From Azolla caroliniana (taxonomy: Eukaryota; Plantae; Polypodiophyta): DNA of 64,000 nt. Positions within the stretch are counted from its first letter, which is position 1, and each line of letters begins with the position of its first letter. The translations under genes were made by a program, and so were the position numbers. A model generated the notes under the pieces. That model saw nothing but the letters and a program-made list of their open reading frames with translations, was not told the origin of the DNA and made no database searches. The stretch lies in the NCBI GenBank assembly GCA_043228905.1, contig JBHGNT010000024.1, positions 124,001 through 188,000 of the forward strand, read 5' to 3'. Of this stretch, positions 1 to 13,604 are shown piece by piece.

Positions 1-3000
1 CTCAGGTCGAGAGACATGACGAAAATAGCAAACTTGAGGAGGGAGTTGAGAGGAGCCCTTGAGTAAAGTAAAATGTTCATACCTGGCTCGTGTGATATCG
101 GATTTTTGTGTTCAAACATGCGAATCGAAGCTGGCGACGCTACCTATGATATGGAATTAAAAAATCAAGATTTTGAAACTCAGGTCGAGAGACATGACGA
201 AAATAGCAAACTTGAGGAGGGAGTTGAGAGGAGCCCTTGAGTTAATTAAAATGTTCATACCTGGCTCGTGTGGTACCGGATTTTTGTGTTCAAACATGCG
301 AATCGAAGCTAACAATGCTAGCTATGATATGGAATTAAAAAATCAAGATTCTAAAACTCAAGTCCAGAGACATGACGAAAATAGCAAACTTGAGGAGGGA
401 GTTAAGAGTAGCCCTTGAGTAAATTAAAATGTTCATACCTGGCTCGTGTGATATGGATTTTTGTGTTCAAACATGCGAATCGAAGCTAACAACGCTAGCT
501 ATGATATGGAATTAAAAAATCAAGATTCTAAAACTCAAGTCCAGAGACATGACGAAAATAGCAAACTTGAGGAGGGAGTTAAGAGTAGCCCTTGAGTAAA
601 TTAAAATGTTCATACCTGGCTCGTGTGATATCGGATTTTTGTGTTCAAACATGCAAATCGAAGCTAACAACGCTACCTATGATATGGAATTAAAAAATCA
701 AGATTTTGAAACTCAGGTCGAGAGACATGATGAAAATAGCAAACTTGAGGAGGGAGTTGAGAAGAGCCCTTGAGTAAATTAAAATGTTCATACCTGGCTC
801 GTGTGATATCGGATTTTTGTGTTCAAACATGCGAATCGAAGCTAACAACGCTAGCTATGATATGGAATTAAAAAATAAGGAATTTGAAACTCAGGTCGAG
901 AGACATGACGAAATTACCAAATTTGAGGAGTGATTTGAGAGGAGCCCTTGAGTAAATTAAAATGTTCATATCGGGCTCGTGTGATATCGGATTTTTGTGT
1001 TCAAACATGCGAATCGAAGCTAACAACGCTAGCTATGATATGGAATTAAAAAATCAAGAATTTGAAACTCAGGTCGAGAGACATGACGAAAATAGCAAAC
1101 TTGAGGAGGGAGTTGAGAGGAGCCCTTGAGTAAAGTAAAATGTTCATACCTGGCTCGTGTGATATCGGATTTTTGTGTTCAAACATGCGAATCGAAGCTG
1201 GCGACGCTACCTATGATATGGAATTAAAAAATCAAGATTTTGAAACTCAGGTCGAGAGACATGACGAAAATAGCAAACTTGAGGAGGGAGTTGAGAGGAG
1301 CCCTTGAGTTAATTAAAATGTTCATACCTGGCTCGTGTGGTACCGGATTTTTGTGTTCAAACATGCGAATCGAAGCTAACAATGCTAGCTATGATATGGA
1401 ATTAAAAAATCAAGATTCTAAAACTCAAGTCCAGAGACATGACGAAAATAGCAAACTTGAGGAGGGAGTTAAGAGTAGCCCTTGAGTAAATTAAAATGTT
1501 CATACCTGGCTCGTGTGATATGGATTTTTGTGTTCAAACATGCGAATCGAAGCTAACAACGCTAGCTATGATATGGAATTAAAAAATCAAGAATTTGAAA
1601 CTCAGGTCGAGAGACATGACGAAATTACCAAATTTGAGGAGTGATTTGAGAGGAGCCCTTGAGTAAATTAAAATGTTCATATCGGGCTCGTGTGATATCG
1701 GATTTTTGTGTTCAAACATGCAAATCGAAGCTAACAACGCTACCTATGATATGGAATTAAAAAATCAAGATTTTGAAACTCAGGTCGAGAGACATGATGA
1801 AAATAGCAAACTTGAGGAGGGAGTTGAGAAGAGCCCTTGAGTAAATTAAAATGTTCATACCTGGCTCGTGTGATATCGGATTTTTGTGTTCAAACATGCG
1901 AATCGAAGCTAACAACGCTAGCTATGATATGGAATTAAAAAATCAAGATTTTGAAACTCATGTCGAGAGACATGACGAAAATAGCAAACTTGAGGAGGGA
2001 GTTGAGAGGAGCCCTTGAGTAAATTAAAATGTTCATACCTGGCTCGTGTGATATGGATTTTTGTGTTCAAACATGCAAATCGAAGCTAACAACGCTAGCT
2101 ATGAGATGGAATTAAAAAATCAAGATTTTGAAACTCAGGTCGAGAGACATGATGAAAATAGCAAACTTGAGGAGGGAGTTGAGAAGAGTCCTTGAGTAAA
2201 TTAAAATGTTCATACCTGGCTCGTGTGATATCGGATTTTTGTGTTCAAACATGCGAATAGAAGCTAACAACGCTGCCTATGATATGGAATTAAAAAATCA
2301 AGAATTTGAAACTCAGGTCGAGAGACATGACGAAAATAGAAAATTTGAGGAGTGATTTGAGAGGAGCCCTTGAGTAAATTAAAATGTTCATATCGGGCTC
2401 GTGTGATATCGGATTTTTGTGTTCAAACATGCGCATCGAAGCTAACAACGCTACCTATGATATGGAATTAAAAAATCAAGATTTTGATCCTCAGGTCGAG
2501 AGACATGACGAAAATAGCAAACTTGAGGAGGGAGTTGAGAGGAGCCCTTGAGTAAATTAAAATGTTCATACCTAGCTCGTGTGATATCGGATTTTTGTGT
2601 TCAAACATGCGAATCGAAGCTAACAACGCTACCTATGATATGGAATTAAAAAATCAAGATTTTGAAACTCAGGTCGAGAGACATGACGAAAATAGCAAAC
2701 TTGAGGAAGGAGTTGAGAGGAGCCCTTGAGTAAATTAAAATGTTCATACCTGGCTCGTGTGATATCGGATTTTTGTGTTCAAACATGTGAATCGAAGCTA
2801 ACAACGCTACCTATGATATGGAATTAAAAAATCAAGATTTTAAAACTCAAGTCCAGAGACATGACGAAAATAGCAAACTTGAGGAGGGAGTTGAGAGGAG
2901 CCCTTGAGTAAATTAAAATGTTCATACCTGGCTCTTGTGATATTGGATTTTTGTGTTCAAACATGCAAATCGAAGCTAGCAACGCTAGCTATGATATGGA

Positions 3001-6000
3001 ATTAAAAAATCAAGATTTTGAAACTCAGGTCGAGAGACATGACGAAAATTGCAAACTTGAGGAGGGAGTTGAGAGGAGCCCTTGAGTAAATTAAAATGTT
3101 CATACCTGGCTCGTGTGATATCGGATTTTTGTGTTCAAACATGCGAATCGAAGCTAACAACGCTAGCTATGATATGGAATTTAAAAATCAAGATTTTAAA
3201 AGTCAAGTCCAGAGACATGGCCACAATAGCAAACTTGAGGAGGGGGTTGAGAGGAGCCCTTGAGTAAATTAAAATGTTCATACCTGGCTCGTGTGATATC
3301 GGATTTTTGTGTTCAAACATGCGAATCGAAGCTGGCGACGCTACCTATGATATGGAATTAAAAAATCAAGATTTTGAAACTCAGGTCGAGAGACATGACG
3401 AAAATAGCAAACTTGAGGAGGCAGTTGAGAGGAGCCCTTGAGTAAATTAAAATGTTCATACCTAGCTCGTGTGATATCGGATTTTTGTGTTCAAACATGC
3501 GAATCGAAGCTAACAACGCTACCTATGATATGGAATTAAAAAATCAAGATTTTGAAACTCAGGTCGAGAGACATGACGAAAATAGCAAACTTGAGGAAGG
3601 AGTTGAGAGGAGCCCTTGAGTAAATTAAAATGTTCATACCTGGCTCGTGTGATATCGGATTTTTGTGTTCAAACATGCGAATCGAAGCTAACAACGCTAC
3701 CTATGATATGGAATTAAAAAATAAGGAATTTGAAACTCAGGTCGAGAGACATGACGAAATTACCAAATTTGAGGAGTGATTTGAGAGGAGCCCTTGAGTA
3801 AATTAAAATGTTCATATCGGGCTCGTGTGATATCGGATTTTTGTGTTCAAACATGCGAATCGAAGCTAACAACGCTAGCTATGATATGGAATTAAAAAAT
3901 CAAGAATTTGAAACTCAGGTCGAGAGACATGACGAAAATAGCAAACTTGAGGAGGGAGTTGAGAGGAGCCCTTGAGTAAAGTAAAATGTTCATACCTGGC
4001 TCGTGTGATATCGGATTTTTGTGTTCAAACATGCGAATCGAAGCTGGCGACGCTACCTATGATATGGAATTAAAAAATCAAGATTTTGAAACTCAGGTCG
4101 AGAGACATGACGAAAATAGCAAACTTGAGGAGGGAGTTGAGAGGAGCCCTTGAGTTAATTAAAATGTTCATACCTGGCTCGTGTGGTACCGGATTTTTGT
4201 GTTCAAACATGCGAATCGAAGCTAACAATGCTAGCTATGATATGGAATTAAAAAATCAAGATTCTAAAACTCAAGTCCAGAGACATGACGAAAATAGCAA
4301 ACTTGAGGAGGGAGTTAAGAGTAGCCCTTGAGTAAATTAAAATGTTCATACCTGGCTCGTGTGATATGGATTTTTGTGTTCAAACATGCGAATCGAAGCT
4401 AACAACGCTAGCTATGATATGGAATTAAAAAATCAAGATTCTAAAACTCAAGTCCAGAGACATGACGAAAATAGCAAACTTGAGGAGGGAGTTAAGAGTA
4501 GCCCTTGAGTAAATTAAAATGTTCATACCTGGCTCGTGTGATATCGGATTTTTGTGTTCAAACATGCAAATCGAAGCTAACAACGCTACCTATGATATGG
4601 AATTAAAAAATCAAGATTTTGAAACTCAGGTCGAGAGACATGATGAAAATAGCAAACTTGAGGAGGGAGTTGAGAAGAGCCCTTGAGTAAATTAAAATGT
4701 TCATACCTGGCTCGTGTGATATCGGATTTTTGTGTTCAAACATGCGAATCGAAGCTAACAACGCTAGCTATGATATGGAATTAAAAAATAAGGAATTTGA
4801 AACTCAGGTCGAGAGACATGACGAAATTACCAAATTTGAGGAGTGATTTGAGAGGAGCCCTTGAGTAAATTAAAATGTTCATATCGGGCTCGTGTGATAT
4901 CGGATTTTTGTGTTCAAACATGCGAATCGAAGCTAACAACGCTAGCTATGATATGGAATTAAAAAATCAAGAATTTGAAACTCAGGTCGAGAGACATGAC
5001 GAAAATAGCAAACTTGAGGAGGGAGTTGAGAGGAGCCCTTGAGTAAAGTAAAATGTTCATACCTGGCTCGTGTGATATCGGATTTTTGTGTTCAAACATG
5101 CGAATCGAAGCTGGCGACGCTACCTATGATATGGAATTAAAAAATCAAGATTTTGAAACTCAGGTCGAGAGACATGACGAAAATAGCAAACTTGAGGAGG
5201 GAGTTGAGAGGAGCCCTTGAGTTAATTAAAATGTTCATACCTGGCTCGTGTGGTACCGGATTTTTGTGTTCAAACATGCGAATCGAAGCTAACAATGCTA
5301 GCTATGATATGGAATTAAAAAATCAAGATTCTAAAACTCAAGTCCAGAGACATGACGAAAATAGCAAACTTGAGGAGGGAGTTAAGAGTAGCCCTTGAGT
5401 AAATTAAAATGTTCATACCTGGCTCGTGTGATATGGATTTTTGTGTTCAAACATGCGAATCGAAGCTAACAACGCTAGCTATGATATGGAATTAAAAAAT
5501 CAAGAATTTGAAACTCAGGTCGAGAGACATGACGAAATTACCAAATTTGAGGAGTGATTTGAGAGGAGCCCTTGAGTAAATTAAAATGTTCATATCGGGC
5601 TCGTGTGATATCGGATTTTTGTGTTCAAACATGCAAATCGAAGCTAACAACGCTACCTATGATATGGAATTAAAAAATCAAGATTTTGAAACTCAGGTCG
5701 AGAGACATGATGAAAATAGCAAACTTGAGGAGGGAGTTGAGAAGAGCCCTTGAGTAAATTAAAATGTTCATACCTGGCTCGTGTGATATCGGATTTTTGT
5801 GTTCAAACATGCGAATCGAAGCTAACAACGCTAGCTATGATATGGAATTAAAAAATCAAGATTTTGAAACTCATGTCGAGAGACATGACGAAAATAGCAA
5901 ACTTGAGGAGGGAGTTGAGAGGAGCCCTTGAGTAAATTAAAATGTTCATACCTGGCTCGTGTGATATGGATTTTTGTGTTCAAACATGCAAATCGAAGCT

Positions 6001-7325
6001 AACAACGCTAGCTATGAGATGGAATTAAAAAATCAAGATTTTGAAACTCAGGTCGAGAGACATGATGAAAATAGCAAACTTGAGGAGGGAGTTGAGAAGA
6101 GTCCTTGAGTAAATTAAAATGTTCATACCTGGCTCGTGTGATATCGGATTTTTGTGTTCAAACATGCGAATAGAAGCTAACAACGCTGCCTATGATATGG
6201 AATTAAAAAATCAAGAATTTGAAACTCAGGTCGAGAGACATGACGAAAATAGAAAATTTGAGGAGTGATTTGAGAGGAGCCCTTGAGTAAATTAAAATGT
6301 TCATATCGGGCTCGTGTGATATCGGATTTTTGTGTTCAAACATGCGCATCGAAGCTAACAACGCTACCTATGATATGGAATTAAAAAATCAAGATTTTGA
6401 TCCTCAGGTCGAGAGACATGACGAAAATAGCAAACTTGAGGAGGGAGTTGAGAGGAGCCCTTGAGTAAATTAAAATGTTCATACCTAGCTCGTGTGATAT
6501 CGGATTTTTGTGTTCAAACATGCGAATCGAAGCTAACAACGCTACCTATGATATGGAATTAAAAAATCAAGATTTTGAAACTCAGGTCGAGAGACATGAC
6601 GAAAATAGCAAACTTGAGGAAGGAGTTGAGAGGAGCCCTTGAGTAAATTAAAATGTTCATACCTGGCTCGTGTGATATCGGATTTTTGTGTTCAAACATG
6701 TGAATCGAAGCTAACAACGCTACCTATGATATGGAATTAAAAAATCAAGATTTTAAAACTCAAGTCCAGAGACATGACGAAAATAGCAAACTTGAGGAGG
6801 GAGTTGAGAGGAGCCCTTGAGTAAATTAAAATGTTCATACCTGGCTCTTGTGATATTGGATTTTTGTGTTCAAACATGCAAATCGAAGCTAGCAACGCTA
6901 GCTATGATATGGAATTAAAAAATCAAGATTTTGAAACTCAGGTCGAGAGACATGACGAAAATTGCAAACTTGAGGAGGGAGTTGAGAGGAGCCCTTGAGT
7001 AAATTAAAATGTTCATACCTGGCTCGTGTGATATCGGATTTTTGTGTTCAAACATGCGAATCGAAGCTAACAACGCTAGCTATGATATGGAATTTAAAAA
7101 TCAAGATTTTAAAAGTCAAGTCCAGAGACATGGCCACAATAGCAAACTTGAGGAGGGGGTTGAGAGGAGCCCTTGAGTAAATTAAAATGTTCATACCTGG
7201 CTCGTGTGATATCGGATTTTTGTGTTCAAACATGCGAATCGAAGCTGGCGACGCTACCTATGATATGGAATTAAAAAATCAAGATTTTGAAACTCAGGTC
7301 GAGAGACATGACGAAAATAGCAAAC
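1..7325. repeat. 22-monomer (3913-bp) higher-order tandem duplication; 1-~3412 matches 3914-~7325
   Basis: Rare variants recur at +3913 (GGTACC, GCGCATC, TGATCCTC, ATGGCCACAAT, GAATAGAAG). ORFs 173/4086, 1240/5153 and 3082/6995 are offset by 3913 = 22x178-3, matching three 177-bp monomers per unit. Confidence 0.93.
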
Positions 7326-10300
7326 CTTGGGAGGGAGTTGAGAGGAGCCCTTGAGTAAATTTAAATATTCATACCTGGCTCGTGTGGTATCGGATTTTTG
7401 TGTTCAAACATGCGAATCGAAGCTAACAATGCTAGCTATGATATGGAATTAAAAAATCAAGATTTTGAAACTCAAGTCAAGAGACATGACGAAATTACCT
7501 AAATTGAGGAGTGAGTTGAGAAGAGCTAGTAGGTAAATTTAAATGTTCATACCTGGCTCGTGTCATATCGGATTTATGTGTTCAAATATGCGAATCGAAG
7601 CTAACAACGCTAGCTATGATATGGAATTAAAAAATCAAGATTTTAAAACTCAAGTCTAGAGACATGACGAAATTACCAAATTTGAGGAGTGAGTTGAGAA
7701 GAGCTAGTACGTAAATTCAAATGTTCATACCTGGCGACTGTGATATCGGATTTTTGTGTTCAAACATGCCAATCGATGCTAACAACGCTAGCTATGATAT
7801 GGAATTAAAAAATCAAGAATTTGATACTCAGGTCGAGAGATGTGACGAAATTACCAAATTTGAGGAGTGAGTTGAGAAGAGCTAGTAGGTAAATTAAAAT
7901 GTTCATATCGGGCTCGTGTGATATCGGATTATTGTGTTCAAACATGCAAATCGAAGCTAACAACGCTACCTATGATATGGAATTAAAAATCAAGAATTTG
8001 AAACTCAGGTCGAGAGACATGACGAAAATAGCAAACTTGAGGAGGGAGTTGAGAGGAGCCCTTGAGTAAAGTAAAATGTTCATACCTGGCTCGTGTGATA
8101 TCGGATTTTTGTGTTCAAACATGCGAATCGAAGCTGGCGACGCTACCTATGATATGGAATTAAAAAATCAAAATTTTGAAACTCAGGTCGAGAGACATGA
8201 CGAAAATAGCAAACTTGAGGAGGGAGTTGAGAGGCGCCCTTGAGTTAATTAAAATGTTCATACCTGGCTCGTGTGGTATCGGATTCTTGTGTTCAAACAT
8301 GCGAATCGAAGCTAACAATGCTAGCTATGATATGGAATTAAAAAATCAAGATTTTAAAACTCAAGTCCAGAGACATGACGAAATTACCAAATTTGAGGAG
8401 TGAGTTGAGAAGAGCTAGTCGGTAAATTAGAATGTTCATACCTGGCTCGTGTCATATCGGATTTTTGTGTTCAAACATGCGAATCGAAGCTAACAACGCT
8501 ACCTATGATATGGAATTAAAAAATCAAGAATTTGAAACTCAGGTCGAGAGATGTGACGAAATTACCAAATTTGAGGAATGATTTGAGAGGAGCCCTTGAG
8601 TAAATTAAAATGTTCATATCGGGCGACTGTGATATCGGACTTTTGTGTTCAAACATGCAAATCGAAGCTAACAACGCTACCTATGATATGGAATTAAAAA
8701 ATCAAGATTTTGAAACTTAGGTCGAGAGACATGACGAAATTACCAAATTGGAGGAGTGAGTTGAGAAGAGGTAGTAGGTAAATTAAAATGTTCATACCTG
8801 GCTCGTGTCATATCGGATTTTTGTGTTCAAACATGCGAATCGAAGCTAACAACGCTACCTATGATATGGAATTAAAAAATCAAGATTTTAAAACTCAAGT
8901 CCAGAGACATGACGAAAATAGCAAACTTGAGGAGGGAGTTGAGAGGAGCCCTTGAGTAAATTAAAATGTTCATACCTGGCTCTTGTGATATTGGATTTTT
9001 GTGTTCAAACATGTAAATCGAAGCTAGCAACGCTAGCTATGATATGGAATTAAAAAATCAAGATTTTGAAACTCAGGTCGAGAGACATGACGAAAATTGC
9101 AAACTTGAGGAGGGAGTTGAGAGGAGCCCTTGAGTAAATTAAAATGTTCATACCTGGCTCGTGTGATATCGGATTTTTGTGTTCAAACATGCGAATCGAA
9201 GCTAACAACGCTAGCTATGATATGGAATTTAAAAATCAAGATTTTAAAAGTCAAGTCCAGAGACATGGCCACAATAGCAAACTTGAGGAGGGGGTTGAGA
9301 GGAGCCCTTGAGTAAATTAAAATGTTCATACCTGGCTCGTGTGATATCGGATTTTTGTGTTCAAACATGCGAATCGAAGCTGGCGACGCTACCTATGATA
9401 TGGAATTAAAAAATCAAGATTTTGAAACTCAGGTCGAGAGACATGACGAAAATAGCAAACCTTGGGAGGGAGTTGAGAGGAGCCCTTGAGTAAATTTAAA
9501 TATTCATACCTGGCTCGTGTGGTATCGGATTTTTGTGTTCAAACATGCGAATCGAAGCTAACAATGCTAGCTATGATATGGAATTAAAAAATCAAGATTT
9601 TGAAACTCAAGTCAAGAGACATGACGAAATTACCTAAATTGAGGAGTGAGTTGAGAAGAGCTAGTAGGTAAATTTAAATGTTCATACCTGGCTCGTGTCA
9701 TATCGGATTTATGTGTTCAAATATGCGAATCGAAGCTAACAACGCTAGCTATGATATGGAATTAAAAAATCAAGATTTTAAAACTCAAGTCTAGAGACAT
9801 GACGAAATTACCAAATTTGAGGAGTGAGTTGAGAAGAGCTAGTACGTAAATTCAAATGTTCATACCTGGCGACTGTGATATCGGATTTTTGTGTTCAAAC
9901 ATGCCAATCGATGCTAACAACGCTAGCTATGATATGGAATTAAAAAATCAAGAATTTGATACTCAGGTCGAGAGATGTGACGAAATTACCAAATTTGAGG
10001 AGTGAGTTGAGAAGAGCTAGTAGGTAAATTAAAATGTTCATATCGGGCTCGTGTGATATCGGATTATTGTGTTCAAACATGCAAATCGAAGCTAACAACG
10101 CTACCTATGATATGGAATTAAAAATCAAGAATTTGAAACTCAGGTCGAGAGACATGACGAAAATAGCAAACTTGAGGAGGGAGTTGAGAGGAGCCCTTGA
10201 GTAAAGTAAAATGTTCATACCTGGCTCGTGTGATATCGGATTTTTGTGTTCAAACATGCGAATCGAAGCTGGCGACGCTACCTATGATATGGAATTAAAA

Positions 10301-11290
10301 AATCAAAATTTTGAAACTCAGGTCGAGAGACATGACGAAAATAGCAAACTTGAGGAGGGAGTTGAGAGGCGCCCTTGAGTTAATTAAAATGTTCATACCT
10401 GGCTCGTGTGGTATCGGATTCTTGTGTTCAAACATGCGAATCGAAGCTAACAATGCTAGCTATGATATGGAATTAAAAAATCAAGATTTTAAAACTCAAG
10501 TCCAGAGACATGACGAAATTACCAAATTTGAGGAGTGAGTTGAGAAGAGCTAGTCGGTAAATTAGAATGTTCATACCTGGCTCGTGTCATATCGGATTTT
10601 TGTGTTCAAACATGCGAATCGAAGCTAACAACGCTACCTATGATATGGAATTAAAAAATCAAGAATTTGAAACTCAGGTCGAGAGATGTGACGAAATTAC
10701 CAAATTTGAGGAATGATTTGAGAGGAGCCCTTGAGTAAATTAAAATGTTCATATCGGGCGACTGTGATATCGGACTTTTGTGTTCAAACATGCAAATCGA
10801 AGCTAACAACGCTACCTATGATATGGAATTAAAAAATCAAGATTTTGAAACTCAGGTCGAGAGACATGACGAAATTACCAAATTGGAGGAGTGAGTTGAG
10901 AAGAGGTAGTAGGTAAATTAAAATGTTCATACCTGGCTCGTGTCATATCGGATTTTTGTGTTCAAACATGCGAATCGAAGCTAACAACGCTACCTATGAT
11001 ATGGAATTAAAAAATCAAGATTTTAAAACTCAAGTCCAGAGACATGACGAAAATAGCAAACTTGAGGAGGGAGTTGAGAGGAGCCCTTGAGTAAATTAAA
11101 ATGTTCATACCTGGCTCTTGTTATATTGGATTTTTGTGTTCAAACATGCAAATCGAAGCTAGCAACGCTAGCTATGATATGGAATTAAAAAATCAAGATT
11201 TTGAAACTTAGGTCGAGAGACATGACGAAAATTGCAAACTTGAGGAGGGAGTTGAGAGGAGCCCTTGAGTAAATTAAAATGTTCATACCT
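6702..11290. repeat. 12-monomer (2135-bp) higher-order repeat, two full copies plus a partial third
   Basis: ORFs 6995/9130 and 8176/10311 are offset by 2135 = 12x178-1. Shared private variants include CAAACCTTGGG, CTAGTACGT, GGCGACTG, GAGGCGCCC, GGACTTTTG and a 5-A tract at ~7985 and ~10120. Confidence 0.92.
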
Positions 11291-13530
11291 GGCTCGTGTC
11301 ATATCGGATTTTTGTGTTCAAACATGCGAATCGAAGCTGGCGACGCTACCTATGATATGGAACTAAAAAATCAAGATTTTGAAACTCAGGTCGAGAGACA
11401 TAACGAAAATAGCAAACTTGAGGAGGGAGTTGAGAGGAGCCCTTGAGTAAATTAAAATGTTCATACCTGGCTCTTGTGATATCGGATTTTTGTGTTCAAA
11501 CATGCGAATCGAAGCTAACAACGCTAGCTATGATATGGAATTAGAAAATCAAGATTTTGAAACTCAGGTCCAGAGACATGACGAAATTACCTAATTTGAG
11601 GAGTGAGTTGAGAAGAGCTAGTAGGTAAATTTAAATGTTCATACCTGGCTCGTGTCATATCGGATTTATGTGTTCAAATATGCGAATCGAAGCTAACAAC
11701 GCTAGCTATGATATGGAATTAAAAAATCAAGATTTTGAAACTCAGGTCGAGAGACATGACGAAAATAGCAAACTTGAGGAGGGAGTTGAGAAGAGCCCTT
11801 GAGTAAATTAAAATGTTCATACCTGGCTCGTGTGATATCGAATTTTTGTGTTCAAACATGCGAATCGAAGCTAACAACGCTACCTATGATATGGAATCAA
11901 AAAATCAAGATTTTAAAACTCAGGTCGAGAGACATGACGAAAATAGCAAACTTGAGGAGGGAGTTGAGAGGAGCCCTTGAGTAAATTAAAATGTTCATAC
12001 CTAGCTCGTGTGATATCGGATTTTTGTGTTCAAACATGCGAATCGAAGCTAACAACGCTAGCTATGATATGGAATTTAAAAATCAAGTTTTTGAAACTCA
12101 GGTCGAGAGACATGACGAAAATTGCAAACTTGAGGAGGGAGTTGAGAGGAGCCCTTGAGTAAATTAAAATGTTCATACCTGGCTCGTGTGATATCGGATT
12201 TTTGTGTTCAAACATGCGAATCGAAGCTGGCGACGCTAGCTATGATATGGAATTAAAAAATCAAGATTTTGAAACTCAGGTCGAGAGACATAACGAAAAT
12301 AGCAAACTTGAGGAGGGGGTTGAGAGGAGCCCTTGAGTAAATTAAAATGTTCATACCTGGCTCGTGTGATATCGGATTTTTGTGTTCAAACATGCAAATG
12401 TAAGCTAACAACGCTACCTATGATTTGGAATTAAAAAATCAAGATTTTGAAATTCAGGTCGAGAGACATGACGAAAATAGCAAACTTGAGGAAGGAGTTG
12501 AGAAGAGCTAGTAGGTAAATTAAAATGTTCATACCTGGCTCGTGTGATATCGGATTTTTGTGTTCGAACATGCAAATCGAAGCTAACAACGCTACCTATG
12601 ATATGGGATTAAAAAATCAAGAATTTGAAACTCAGGTCGAGAGATGTGACGAAATTACCAAATTTGAGAAATGATTTGAGAGGAGCCCTTGAGTAAATTA
12701 AAATGTTCATATCGGGCTCGTGTGATATCGGATTTTTGTGTTCAAACATGCAAATCGAAGCTAACAATGCTACCTATGATATCGGATTAAAAAATCAAGA
12801 TTTTGAAACTCAGGTCGAGAGACATGACGAAAATAGCAAACTTGAGGAGGGAGTTGAGAGGAGCCCTTGAGTAAATTAAAATGTTCATACCTGGCTCTTG
12901 TGATATTGGATTTTTGTGTTCAAACATGCGAATCGAAGCTGGCGACGCTACCTATGATATGGAATTAAAAAATCAAGATTTTGAAACTTAGGTCGAGAGA
13001 CATGACGAAAATAGCAAACCTTTGGAGGGAGTTGAGAGGAGCCCTTGAGTAAATTAAAATGTTCATACCTGGCTCGTGTGATATCGGATTTTTGTGTTCA
13101 AACATGCAAATCGAAGCTAACAACGCTACCTATGATATGGAATTAAAAAATCAAGATTTTAAAACTCAAGTCCAGAGACATGACGAAAATAGCAAACTTG
13201 AGGAGGGAGTAGAGAGGAGCCCTTGAGTAAAGTAAAATATTCATACCTGGCTCGTGTGATATCGGATTTTTGTGTTCAAACATGCCAATCGAAGCTAACA
13301 ACGCTAGCTATGGTATGGAATTAAAAAATCAAGAATTTGAAACTCAGGTCGAGAGATGTGACGAAATTACCAAATTTGAGGAGTGATTTGAGAGGAGCCC
13401 TTGAGTAAATTAAAATGTTCATATCGGGCTCGTGTGATATCGGATTTTTGTGTTCAAACATGCAAATCGAAGCTAACAACGCTACCTATGATATGGAATT
13501 AAAAAATCAAGATTTTGAAACTCAGGTCGA

Positions 13531-13604
13531 GAGACATGACGAAATTACCAAATTGGAGGAGTGAGTTGAGACATGACGAAAATAGCAAACTTGAGGAGGG
13601 AGTT
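13531..13604. other. Out-of-register junction adding 37 bp (truncated monomer fused to a new monomer at GAGA microhomology)
   Basis: GAGACATGACGAAA occurs at 13531 and again at 13568; the junction reads ...GGAGTGAGTTGAGA|CATGACGAAAATAGC. It is absent from the sister copy at ~22913-22960. Confidence 0.93.

Noticed and set aside
34-56. Shine-Dalgarno-like GAGGAGG and possible G-quadruplex
   Set aside because: It is part of the satellite monomer with no downstream gene, and it lacks four G3 runs.
1-178. Identity with Arabidopsis CEN178, 5S rDNA, tRNA/SINE arrays or telomeric repeats
   Set aside because: Only the length matches CEN178. I recognised no 5S or tRNA sequence, Pol III boxes or TTTAGGG/TTAGGG tracts. 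A database search is still needed.
955-980. CENP-B box-like motif in the TTCATATCGGG variant
   Set aside because: It does not fit NTTCGNNNNANNCGGGN: TTCA instead of TTCG, and the spacing is wrong.
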